NCBI GenBank assembly: GCA_005883775.1
Contig: VBEU01000162.1
Span: forward strand, 1-44,067
Origin: Chloroflexota bacterium
GTDB taxonomy: Bacteria; Chloroflexota; Limnocylindria; P2-11E
Direction of reading: 5' to 3'
Length of the DNA stretch: 44,067 nucleotides
The stretch's first letter is position 1. Every line of letters begins with the position of its first letter. Below are positions 18,388 through 27,190 of this stretch, piece after piece. The translations under genes were made by a program, and so were the position numbers. Below the pieces are notes generated by a model, which worked only from the letters and a program-made list of their open reading frames with translations, was not told where the DNA came from and ran no database searches.

Positions 18388-19335
18388 ATGCGCCGGTACG
18401 TCGCCGGGCGGCTCCTGCTCATGATCCCGACGCTCGTCGGCGTCGCCATCCTGACGTTCGTGATCATGCGTGCGGTGCCAGGCGACATCGTCGCTCTGAA
18501 ATATGCCGGCTCCCCGGTGCCGCAATCGGTCATCGACGAGGAGCGTCATCAGCTCGGACTGGATAAGCCCATGTGGGCGCAGTTCACGGATTGGATGGGC
18601 GAGATCGCGCACTTCGACCTCGGCACCTCGCTCTGGACCGGCCATCCGGTCGTCGATGAGATCCTCGTCCGCCTCCCGCTCTCGCTCGAGCTCGCCATCA
18701 TCGCGACGCTTCTCGCCATAACGATCGCGGTCCCGCTTGGCGTCCTCGCAGCGGTGCGGCAGGACACCTGGACCGACTACGCGATCCGTCTTTTCTCTAT
18801 CGGTGGTCTCGCGATGCCGAGCTTCTGGATCGGGCTCCTCATGGTGCTCGCGACCATCACGTTGTTCGGATGGGCGCCGCCTCTCGTCTTCACGGCGATC
18901 ACCGACGACCCGATCGCGAACCTCTCGCAAATGGTTCTTCCCGCGCTCTCCGTCGGCTATCGCTACTCGGCCGTGTCGATGCGCATGACGCGATCGACCG
19001 TTCTCGAGGTACTCCGCGAGGACTACGTCCGCACCGCGCGCGCGAAGGGCGTGCGCGAGAGCGTCGTCGTCCTGAGGCACGCCCTCCGGAACGCGCTCCT
19101 GCCCGTCGTCACCGTGATCAGCCTTGAGTTCGCGTTCCTCATCGGCGGCCTCGTGGTCACCGAGCAGGTCTTCAACCTGAACGGCATCGGCAAGCTCCTC
19201 GTCGACGCCGTCGCGCACCGCGATTACACGCTCATCCAAGCGCTGGTGCTGCTCCTCGCGTCCGTGTTCGTGCTCATCAATTTCGTGGTCGACATGGTCT
19301 ACGTGGTGCTGGACCCAAGGATCCGCTACTCGTGA
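18388..19335 (+). CDS. ABC transporter permease (OppB/DppB-like)
   Basis: PGD, DLGTSL, RLPLSLEL, DYVRTARAKG, HALRNAL, LDPRIRY. Confidence 0.93.
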   Translation: MRRYVAGRLLLMIPTLVGVAILTFVIMRAVPGDIVALKYAGSPVPQSVIDEERHQLGLDKPMWAQFTDWMGEIAHFDLGTSLWTGHPVVDEILVRLPLSLELAIIATLLAITIAVPLGVLAAVRQDTWTDYAIRLFSIGGLAMPSFWIGLLMVLATITLFGWAPPLVFTAITDDPIANLSQMVLPALSVGYRYSAVSMRMTRSTVLEVLREDYVRTARAKGVRESVVVLRHALRNALLPVVTVISLEFAFLIGGLVVTEQVFNLNGIGKLLVDAVAHRDYTLIQALVLLLASVFVLINFVVDMVYVVLDPRIRYS

Positions 19336-20264
19336 CCGAGCTCGCGCGGCCGGTAGCCCGCGACGCCGACGACGTGGCGAAGCGCCGCTACCTCGAGTCG
19401 ACCGGGCCACGGCGCTTCGTCCGGTTCTGGCGCGAGTTCATCCGGCGGCGGCCGCTCGGTACCGCCGGCGCCGCGCTGATCATCCTCATGCTGCTGACGG
19501 CCGCGTTCGCCGACCGCATCGCGCCGTACGACCCTGTCGAGATCCGATTCAGCGATCTGCTCCAGGGCCCCTCGCTGCAGCACCTCCTCGGGACCGACCC
19601 GTTCGGTCGGGACGTGTTCTCGCGGATCGTATACGGCTCGCGGACCGCGCTTCTTGTCGGGTTCAGCGCGTCGTTCGTGGGCTGCACGCTCGGTTTGGTG
19701 CTCGGGGTGGTGGGCGCGTACTTCGGCGGAAAGGTCGATCAGCTGGTCCAGCGGCTGATGGACGTCCTCCTCAGCTTTCCGCTGATCGTCATCGCGATCG
19801 CCGTCGTCGCCGCACTCGGGACGGGCGAGGACAAGATCGCGAACGTCATCGCGGCGATCACGGTCCCGATCATCCCCCGTGTCGCGCGCGTCGTGCGTTC
19901 CAGCGCGCTCAGCATCGTGAACATGCCGTACATCGAGGCGACGCGCGCGGTCGGATCCGGCGCTGTCCGCATCATGTTCCGCCACATCGCGCCGAACGTG
20001 TTCGCGCCCTACCTCATCATGCTCACCGCGTTCCTCGGGCAGGCGATCCTGCTCGAAGCCTCGCTCTCGTTCCTTGGCCTCGGCGTGTTCGAGCCGACGC
20101 CGTCATGGGGGCTGATGCTCCGCGGCGCCGGGATGCAGTTCCTCGAGCAGGCACCGTGGCTCGCCATCGCACCCGGCGTCGCGATCAGCATGGCCGTCTT
20201 CGGCTTCAATCTCTTCGGGGACTCGCTTCGCGACGCACTCGATCCGCGGCTGCGGACGGCCTAG
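19332..20264 (+). CDS. ABC transporter permease (OppC/DppC-like)
   Basis: HLLGTDPFGRDVFSR, EAA loop YIEATRAVG, LSFLGLG, PSWG, GDSLRDALDPR. Confidence 0.93.
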   Translation: MTELARPVARDADDVAKRRYLESTGPRRFVRFWREFIRRRPLGTAGAALIILMLLTAAFADRIAPYDPVEIRFSDLLQGPSLQHLLGTDPFGRDVFSRIVYGSRTALLVGFSASFVGCTLGLVLGVVGAYFGGKVDQLVQRLMDVLLSFPLIVIAIAVVAALGTGEDKIANVIAAITVPIIPRVARVVRSSALSIVNMPYIEATRAVGSGAVRIMFRHIAPNVFAPYLIMLTAFLGQAILLEASLSFLGLGVFEPTPSWGLMLRGAGMQFLEQAPWLAIAPGVAISMAVFGFNLFGDSLRDALDPRLRTA

Positions 20265-20728
20265 CCGAAATCGACCCAGCCCGGAGCCCCGCGACGTCTA
20301 CGGTCGTGAAGCGTGGCAAGAATCCAGGGCAGGCCAACGAAGACGAACCACACGGCGATGTCGCCGCCGAGCGACTTTTCGACAAGGCCGAGCCCTCCGT
20401 CGATCAGCTGCCGCGCCACGCCGAGAACGATGAGGGCGCTCCAGCCACCGTACCAGGCGACCACAAAGCCCTGCGTCAGACTCGGCCGCCATGCGCGGGG
20501 TATCCCGTACTCGTCCCGCAATGTGGCGAGAGCACCGTAGGTGAGACCAAGCGCTAGAAGCAGGTAGAGGCTACTGAAGCCGTCGTTGACGGTCGCCTCT
20601 GGCCGTGGTTGAAACGGCCCAATGACCATGGCGAAGACCGCCGGCACACCGAAAAGACCCAGGAACAGGGCAATAGCCCACGTGACGACGTGATCACCGA
20701 GCGTTCGCTTACGGCCACCGGTCTCCAT
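20261..20728 (-). CDS. Hypothetical membrane protein (about 4 TM)
   Basis: Four hydrophobic segments; TAGCCT -10 box 6 nt before the ATG (leaderless signature). Confidence 0.65.
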   Translation of the reverse strand: METGGRKRTLGDHVVTWAIALFLGLFGVPAVFAMVIGPFQPRPEATVNDGFSSLYLLLALGLTYGALATLRDEYGIPRAWRPSLTQGFVVAWYGGWSALIVLGVARQLIDGGLGLVEKSLGGDIAVWFVFVGLPWILATLHDRRRRGAPGWVDFG

Positions 20729-20784
20729 GGGATGAGGCTACCCGCGGGCGGTTGCGACACGGTGTCGGGGCTGCCTCGTAGACG

Positions 20785-21279
20785 CTACGCGCGATGTGGC
20801 GTGGTTACCTGCGCCTCGACGGCGGAGCGGATCGCGGCCTCGAGCTCATGCGGGTGTCGCGATCCGATGAGTACTGGCAGGCCCTTACGCAGGCGGATCT
20901 TCACGCCCACGTCGCCGCCGGTCGTGTACGCCCATCCCGCGGGCCCGAGGCGCACGCCCCAGCCGCCGTAGTCGATGAGCGGACGGTAGTGCTTCACCTC
21001 GAGACCGACGATGTCCCCAAACGCGATGCGCCGCGTCGGCCAGAGGTGGCGGAACGCGATGCTCACACCGCTGTCGGTGACGTCGACGTCGAGGTGCGAC
21101 AGCGAGATGAGCGCGGCGACGAGCACGACCACGACCGGTGCGGTCGCGAGGAGCAGCGCGTCGTTCGGCCGCGAAAGGACAACCGCGAGGACGGTGACCC
21201 CGACGATGAAGATCATCGCGAGCACGAGCAGTCCCATGAGAGCGTCATGGAAATGCTGTTCCTCGTGAAAGCGACTCAC
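20785..21279 (-). CDS. Membrane protein with two TM helices and a bacterial PH-like domain (YGGWG motif)
   Basis: FHEEQ N-terminus, two TMs, YRPLIDYGGWGVR, LIGSRHPHEL. GTGA overlap with the upstream stop. Confidence 0.7.
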   Translation of the reverse strand: MSRFHEEQHFHDALMGLLVLAMIFIVGVTVLAVVLSRPNDALLLATAPVVVVLVAALISLSHLDVDVTDSGVSIAFRHLWPTRRIAFGDIVGLEVKHYRPLIDYGGWGVRLGPAGWAYTTGGDVGVKIRLRKGLPVLIGSRHPHELEAAIRSAVEAQVTTPHRA

Positions 21280-21958
21280 GTTCCCTTCCACACAGGCTTG
21301 CGCCGCTCGATGAAGGCTTTCACGCCCTCGCGGAAATCGGTGCTCGTGTAGCAGAGCGCGACGAGATCGGCGGCCTCGTCCGGCATCATCCGCGCACGGA
21401 TGCGACGGCTCATCTCCTTCGTCGCATGCAGCGTGAGCGGGGCATACGACCCAAGCTCCTCGACGAGTTGGCCCACCCGTGCCTCGAGCGCATCCTCACC
21501 GTCCACGATCTCGGTGACGAGACCGATCGCTCGTGCCTCCTGCGCGTCGATGAGCCGCGCCGTGAAGACAAGCTCCTTCACGCGACCGAGACCGACGAGC
21601 GCGGCGAGGCGGACGAGGTTCGCGGCGGAGAAGCAGTTCCCGAGCGTTCTCGCGACCGGGACTCCGAAGCGCGCCGACGGCGCGGCGACGCGGCGATCGT
21701 GGGCACGCGCACGTCCTCGATAGCGCCGAGCCAAGCGTCCATACGGCGCTCGTACTCGAGCGCCTGCGACGCCTCCTTGAAATCGACGAACTGGGCGATG
21801 TCCGTTCCGGCCACGAACGCATCGGCGCCGTTCGCGTCGCGGCAGATCGCGGCGATGCGGTCGTACATCGCGAACGTCATCGCGTTGCGCGCGGCCGGTC
21901 GATCGACGACGATCCAGAGCGCGCCGGCGCGGCGCTCGGTGCGGATCTCCTCGGTCAT
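21276..21958 (-). pseudogene. Enoyl-CoA hydratase/isomerase family, with an in-frame gap at about 21826 and a frameshifting gap at about 21690 (possibly artefact)
   Basis: N-part has RPAARNAM, AFVAGTDI and PTIAA. C-part, in another frame, has ARFGVP, ELVFTARLIDAQEA and DFREGVKAF..RKPVWKG. The segment with the GGG..CDLR motif is missing. Confidence 0.82.
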
Positions 21959-23154
21959 GCGCGAGCGATGATGCCCGCGCTCGCGAGATCGTCCATGTCG
22001 GCGTCGCCCAAGCCAAGCTCGCGGAGCACCTCGGCGCTGTGCTCACCCAAGCGGGGACCGGCGCGGCGGTGCCGGACGGGGGTGCGGCCAAGCCGCATCG
22101 GCGAACCCAGCCCACGAAGCGTGCCCAGGACGGGATGCTCGAGATCGACGAAGAACTTCCGCGCAAGCAGGTGCTCATCGTTGAAGACGTCGCTGTAGTC
22201 CGCGATCTCGCCGCACGGCACGCCCCCCTCGCGGAGGAGCGCGAGCCAGTGTTCGGCGGGCTTCGTGCGCGTCACCTTCTCGATCGCCAGCACGAGCTCC
22301 TCGCGATTGCGAAGACGGGCATTCGCGTCGACGAATCGCCGATCGGCCTCGAGTGGTCCGAGCCCGACGGCGCCGCAGAACGCCTTCCAGTTCGGCGGGG
22401 TCGTTGCACCGACGATGAAGTGGCGATCGGAGGCCGCAACGGCCTGGTATGGCGCGACGAGCTTGTGCGCCGAGCCGGCCGCCCGCGGAACTTCGCCGCT
22501 GCCGAAGTAGATGCCCGCTTCCCAGACCGCGAGCGACACCGCCGACTCGAACATCGAGATGTCGACGAGCTGACCTCGACCGTCGCGCTCGCGGGCGCGA
22601 AGAGCCGCGAGGGTCGCGATCGTCGCGTAGAGCGCGGCGGTCAGGTCCGCGATCGAGACACCTACCTTCACCGGGACGCCACCCTCTTCGCCGGTGATGC
22701 TCATGAGCCCGCTCTGGCCCTGAACGATGATGTCGAGCGCGGGCCGGTCGGCGTACGGGCCGTCGAGTCCCCAGCCGGTGACGGCGACGTAGACAAGGCG
22801 CGCGTTCGCCTGGAGGAGCGAGGCCGGAGAGAGGCCGAGGTCATCCATGGTCCCAGGGCGCAGATTCTCGACGATCACGTCCGCTCTGCCGGCGAGCCTT
22901 TTGAAGACCTCGCGGCCTTCCTCGCGTTTGAGGTCGATCGCGAGGCTGCGCTTGTCGCGGTTGAGTCGCGCGAAGTTACCGCTCTCTCCGGACGCGAGGG
23001 GCTCGAGGAGCCGCGCGAGGTCGCCGGCTTTCGGATGCTCGACCTTTACGACGTCGGCGCCGAGATCGGCGAGCTGCATCCCGCAGAACGGGCCCGCCAT
23101 GTAGTTGCCGATCTCGACCACACGGATGCCCGCAAGGGGCGGGGCGCCTAGCAC
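21955..23154 (-). CDS. CoA-transferase family III (CaiB/BaiF)
   Basis: PLAGIRVVE, AGPF..LADLGADVVKVE, NRDKRSL, ENLRPG, GPRLGEHS. GTG start at 23154. Confidence 0.93.
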   Translation of the reverse strand: MLGAPPLAGIRVVEIGNYMAGPFCGMQLADLGADVVKVEHPKAGDLARLLEPLASGESGNFARLNRDKRSLAIDLKREEGREVFKRLAGRADVIVENLRPGTMDDLGLSPASLLQANARLVYVAVTGWGLDGPYADRPALDIIVQGQSGLMSITGEEGGVPVKVGVSIADLTAALYATIATLAALRARERDGRGQLVDISMFESAVSLAVWEAGIYFGSGEVPRAAGSAHKLVAPYQAVAASDRHFIVGATTPPNWKAFCGAVGLGPLEADRRFVDANARLRNREELVLAIEKVTRTKPAEHWLALLREGGVPCGEIADYSDVFNDEHLLARKFFVDLEHPVLGTLRGLGSPMRLGRTPVRHRRAGPRLGEHSAEVLRELGLGDADMDDLASAGIIARA

Positions 23155-24164
23155 GTGCCCCAGCGGTCGATCCGGCCCCCGCTCTGTCTCCACACGCCGG
23201 CAAGCGTTCCCTCGTAGCCCACGAACCAGACCTCGTTGCCGTGCGCGAACACGCTGCGGATGGAGCATGTCGTGCTGAGGTTGGCGACGGGGCTAACGGT
23301 GTTGCCCTCGACCATAAGCGCTGTTCCGTCATCGCCGACGACGTACGTGATCGCCCCGACGCGCACCGACGCGCGGAGCTCGTGCTGCACGCCGCTCTCG
23401 AGCGGATGCCAGTGGCCGTCGAACCGGAGGATCACTCCATCATCGCCGGCCGCGATCGCCTCGGTGGCCGATGTCGCCGCGATCGTGCGCAGGGTCACCT
23501 TCGTACCGGTGTCATACGGCTTCCAGCCGACGGTCCCGCCGACTTTTTCGAGACGGTACGACACCCCGGTTGCGCCGACCATCCACGCGGAGCCTCCCGC
23601 GAAGCCGACCACTCCATAGAGATCCTCGTCGATCCCTCCGGCGTATTGGTCCCACCCCGCGAAGCTCTGTCGCTGCACGTTGCCCTCGGAGCCGACGACG
23701 AGCGCGCCATCGGGCACCACCGAGACGGCGTACGCATTGAACGACCCGATGTCGTCGGCGCGGATCGTCTTGCCGAGGTCATCGATGGTGACGACGCGGC
23801 CGAAGGCGCCCACCGCAATGACCGTGTCCGGACTGCACGCTGCCGCGACGAGCGAGCGCAGGGTCGCGTCGATGAGCTCCCAGCGCTGCAGCTGGCGATC
23901 GAACCGTCCGATCCCACCGCCGTCCGACACGACCCACACCGCGTCGTCGGTCGCGCACCCCGCCGAGAGCGGCTGCTTGAACACGAACGGGCCGGTGTCG
24001 GGCTCGGCCGTCGCCGTCGGGACCGGCGCCGGCGTGGCGGGCGGCGGCGTCGGCGTGGCGCGGGTGACGACCCCGACGGCGGCGCCCGCGCCGACCGCGA
24101 GGACGAGCATGATCGCGGCCGCGGCAAGGGCCGTGCTCGTGCGAAGCGTCCCGGGTGGAATCAG
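23148..24164 (-). CDS. Secreted/anchored beta-propeller-like protein (BNR/YCF48-like repeats)
   Basis: Signal/TM segment, Pro-Thr linker, repeated xVGxxG..W blades. Start is either ATG 24110 or CTG 24164 (CTGA overlap with the htpX stop). Confidence 0.7.
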   Translation of the reverse strand: MIPPGTLRTSTALAAAAIMLVLAVGAGAAVGVVTRATPTPPPATPAPVPTATAEPDTGPFVFKQPLSAGCATDDAVWVVSDGGGIGRFDRQLQRWELIDATLRSLVAAACSPDTVIAVGAFGRVVTIDDLGKTIRADDIGSFNAYAVSVVPDGALVVGSEGNVQRQSFAGWDQYAGGIDEDLYGVVGFAGGSAWMVGATGVSYRLEKVGGTVGWKPYDTGTKVTLRTIAATSATEAIAAGDDGVILRFDGHWHPLESGVQHELRASVRVGAITYVVGDDGTALMVEGNTVSPVANLSTTCSIRSVFAHGNEVWFVGYEGTLAGVWRQSGGRIDRWGTC

Positions 24165-25090
24165 TCCATGGCCTCGAGTCTCTTTATGCGCTCCTCGATC
24201 GGCGGATGGGTGTCGAAGAGGTGGTCAAAGAACGCCGGAGCGTCCTTTAACGGGTTCGCGATGTACAGGGACGCGGTCGCCTTATTGGCCACCTCGAGCG
24301 GCTCCTTGTCTGCCGCGATCTTGCGCAGGGCCGACGCGAGGCCCGGCGGGTAACGGGTGAGGAGCGCGCCCGACGCGTCCGCCAGGTACTCGCGCTGCCG
24401 CGACACCGCGAGCTGGATGAGCGTGGCAATGATCGGCGTGAGCACCGCGAGGGCTATCGCGATGACGGCAATGATCGCGCCGGCACCGCCACGGTCGCGA
24501 TCGCGGCGCCCGCCCTGGGTCCAGAAGAACGAGCGCCACATCCAGTCCGCGAGCAGGGCGACCGTGCCGACCAGAACGGTCACGAGGACCATGACGCGGA
24601 TATCGCGGTTCCCGACATGCGAGAGCTCGTGCGCGATCACCCCTTCGAGCTCGGTGCGGTCCAGCTTGTCGAGGAGGCCGCGCGTCACCGCGATCGACGC
24701 GTGCTGCGGATCGCGTCCGGTGGCGAACGCGTTGGGCGCCGAATCCTCGATCACGTAGATCTTCGGGGTCGGGATCCCGAGCCCGAGGGCGAGCGCCTCC
24801 ACGATGTTGCGAAGCTGGGGCTCCTCGCTCGGGCCGAGCTCGCGGGCCTGGCTCTGGGCGAGGATCAGCTTGTCGCCGGCGAAATAGGACACGAGCGCGC
24901 CGCCCGTCGATATCGCGAACGCGAACGGCAACGCCGCGATGCCGCCGCCGGGCGCGAAATATTCGCCGACGAAATAGGCGAGCACGGCGACCAGCGCGGT
25001 GAAGGCTGCGATCAGAAGCACGGTCCGCCACCTGTTGGCGGCGGCAGCTTCGTAGATCGAAACTCGCGCGGGAGTGGACTCAGTGGTCAC
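24161..25090 (-). CDS. htpX: Zinc metalloprotease HtpX (peptidase M48)
   Basis: PNAFATG, GVIAHELSH (HExxH), SRQREYLAD, THPPIEERI. Confidence 0.93.
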   Translation of the reverse strand: MTTESTPARVSIYEAAAANRWRTVLLIAAFTALVAVLAYFVGEYFAPGGGIAALPFAFAISTGGALVSYFAGDKLILAQSQARELGPSEEPQLRNIVEALALGLGIPTPKIYVIEDSAPNAFATGRDPQHASIAVTRGLLDKLDRTELEGVIAHELSHVGNRDIRVMVLVTVLVGTVALLADWMWRSFFWTQGGRRDRDRGGAGAIIAVIAIALAVLTPIIATLIQLAVSRQREYLADASGALLTRYPPGLASALRKIAADKEPLEVANKATASLYIANPLKDAPAFFDHLFDTHPPIEERIKRLEAMD

Positions 25091-25113
25091 GCTACTGAAA
25101 GGCTAGAGCCTCG

Positions 25114-25607
25114 TTAGAACTTCACCTGCGGCGTCTCGCGTTCGGTCGCGTCGGCGAGCTCGAAGTACTGCTCCGGCCCAAAGCCGAACATTCCGGCGAA
25201 GATGTTCGTGGGGAAGGTCTGGAGCGACGTGTTGTAGTCGCGAACGTTCCCGTTGTAGAACCGCCGGGCGAAGGAGATCTTGTCCTCCGTCGCCGTGAGG
25301 TTCTCGGACAGGTCCTTGAACTCCTGGACCGCCTGCAGCTGCGGGTAGTTCTCGGCGACCGCGAAGACCGAGCGGAGCGCTCCGGTGAGCATGTTCTCGG
25401 CCTGCGCGCGCTGTTCCGGCGTCGCCGATGCGCCTGCCGCTACGGCGGCGGCGCGCGCTTCGGTCACCTTCTGAAAGACCGTCGACTCGTGCGGATGTCA
25501 GCCCAGGCCTCCTTCACGCGCTGACGCAGCGTGACGAGGCGGTTGTAGGTCGCGATGAAGAAGAGGGCGAGCACCCCGAGGATGACAAGGACGACGATGA
25601 TTTCCAC
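25114..25607 (-). pseudogene. lemA: LemA family protein with a frameshifting internal gap at about 25493 (possibly artefact)
   Basis: GGAGG RBS and GTG 25607 give MEIIVVLVILGVLALFFIATYNRLVTLRQRVKEAWADI. It then jumps to another frame: HESTVFQKVTEAR..AVAENYPQL..TEDKISFARRFYN..FP. The QLKRRxDLIPNL segment is absent. Upstream of htpX, as is usual for lemA. Confidence 0.85.
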
Positions 25608-25646
25608 GGCCCCTCCCTTGAGCGCGAGGCTAGCAGAACGATCGCC

Positions 25647-27155
25647 TCAGCGAGCTTTTTGTAGCGCCTCCTCGAAGCGGCGCTGGCGCGCCAGCCCCTC
25701 GACGAGTCTTTTGTGCGCGTCGGGTCGAGGCCGCCAGGTCCGTCCGACAGGCGAGCGCACCGCGCCGAGATCGCCGACGAGCCCGACTCGCTCGAGCGCG
25801 ACGATCGCGGCCCCGCGCGCCGAACCTTCGCCGACGGCACTCATCACCAGCGGACGGCCGAGCGCATCGGCGAAGAGCTGCGCGAGCCATGGGAGCCGGA
25901 GCAAGGTCCCGCCCGTCGCGATGATGCGGTCGATGCCGGGAAGCGCCGCGTCGACGACCGACCAGAGAAGGATCGCGCGATCAGCGACGCCTTCGATCAT
26001 CGCGCGTGCGATCGCGTCGGGGCGGGTCGCCAGGCCGATGCCGGCGATCGCGGCGCGCGCGCCGTCGTCCCAGGTAGGGCTGCGGTCTCCGGCGAGGAGC
26101 GGCAGCGCGATGACCTCGTCGGCCGGCGCATCGGTGGGCCAGAGCGTCGCGAGGTCGAGCGACGGAAAGGTCTGGGCAAGCCAGGTGAGGACATTTCCGC
26201 CGTTCGAGAGCGCGCCACCGGCGACCACCCGCGATCGGTCGAGGCGGTACGTCCAACCGCCCGGTACGACCGGCGGGTCCTCGGTCGCGTAGACGACACG
26301 GATCGCGCCGGACGTGCCGAGCGATAGCGCGGCGGTCTTCCGTCCCACGGCGCCGACCCCGACGTTGGAGCACACGCCGTCGCCGATCGCCGGCGTCCAC
26401 GGGATCTTCGCGAGCGCCGGCCAGCGCCGCGCGAACTCCGCGCGGAGTCCGCTCTGCGGATCGTCCGAGATCGTCGCAAGCGACCGCGCCGGGACGCGGA
26501 GCCGATCGAGGAGCGGTTCGTCCCAGGTCCGTTTGCGCTGGTCGTAGAGACCGGTGGCCGACGCCATCCCGTGGGCCGCGCGGGTACCGCCGAAGAGGCG
26601 GAAGTAGAGGTACTCGCCGAGCGAGAGCCACTTCGCGGTGCGGCCGAAGGCGTCCGGCGCCGCGTCTCGCAGGTAGCGAAGCTTCGCCGGGAGATAGGAC
26701 GCGTGGATGGTGCAGCCGGTCCGCGCGTGCGTCGCCACCGGGTCGAGCTCGCGCCGCAGCGCCGCGGCGGCCTCGCGCGCTCGCGTGTCGGCCCAGGTGA
26801 GGACGGGCGTCGTGGGACGGCCGTGCGTGTCGACGCCCATCACGCTGTGCCAGAACGCGCAGACCGCGACGACCGCGATATCGGCGGCGCGCTTTCCCGC
26901 GGCGGCGACGGTCTCGTCGATCGCGTCGGCGGTCGCCCGCACGCGCTCATCTGGATCGACCGTCGCTTCCCCGTCGCTCGAGACACGGAGCGGCCGGTCG
27001 CGGTGCGCAATGGCCCTCGCGATCGGGCGACCGCGCGAATCAAATAAGAAGGAGCGCAGACCGGATGTGCCGATATCGACGGCGATGACGAGCGGTGCGG
27101 TCGCTTCTCGCAACGGGATCGCGAGCGGCTCCCCCACGAGCGCCGCCTTCCTCAT
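25647..27155 (-). CDS. gntK: FGGY-family carbohydrate kinase, gluconokinase-like
   Basis: DIGTSG, WHS, TWADTRA, RTGC..H.SY, ASATGL, GDG..SN.G, GTSGAIR, GGALSNGG, GDRSP; near tkt/gnd/zwf. Confidence 0.78.
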   Translation of the reverse strand: MRKAALVGEPLAIPLREATAPLVIAVDIGTSGLRSFLFDSRGRPIARAIAHRDRPLRVSSDGEATVDPDERVRATADAIDETVAAAGKRAADIAVVAVCAFWHSVMGVDTHGRPTTPVLTWADTRAREAAAALRRELDPVATHARTGCTIHASYLPAKLRYLRDAAPDAFGRTAKWLSLGEYLYFRLFGGTRAAHGMASATGLYDQRKRTWDEPLLDRLRVPARSLATISDDPQSGLRAEFARRWPALAKIPWTPAIGDGVCSNVGVGAVGRKTAALSLGTSGAIRVVYATEDPPVVPGGWTYRLDRSRVVAGGALSNGGNVLTWLAQTFPSLDLATLWPTDAPADEVIALPLLAGDRSPTWDDGARAAIAGIGLATRPDAIARAMIEGVADRAILLWSVVDAALPGIDRIIATGGTLLRLPWLAQLFADALGRPLVMSAVGEGSARGAAIVALERVGLVGDLGAVRSPVGRTWRPRPDAHKRLVEGLARQRRFEEALQKAR

Positions 27156-27190
27156 CGCGGCCGAGTATGGGACGCCCTGTTAGCTGAAGA

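Noticed and set aside
24000..24100. Short GC-rich repeats resembling a repeat array
   Set aside because: They simply encode an Ala/Pro/Thr linker. There is no repeat-spacer periodicity and there are no cas genes.
4590..25500. Programmed ribosomal frameshifting in PBP, ECH or lemA
   Set aside because: There are no slippery sequences, and conserved coding segments are physically missing, so frameshifting could not restore them.
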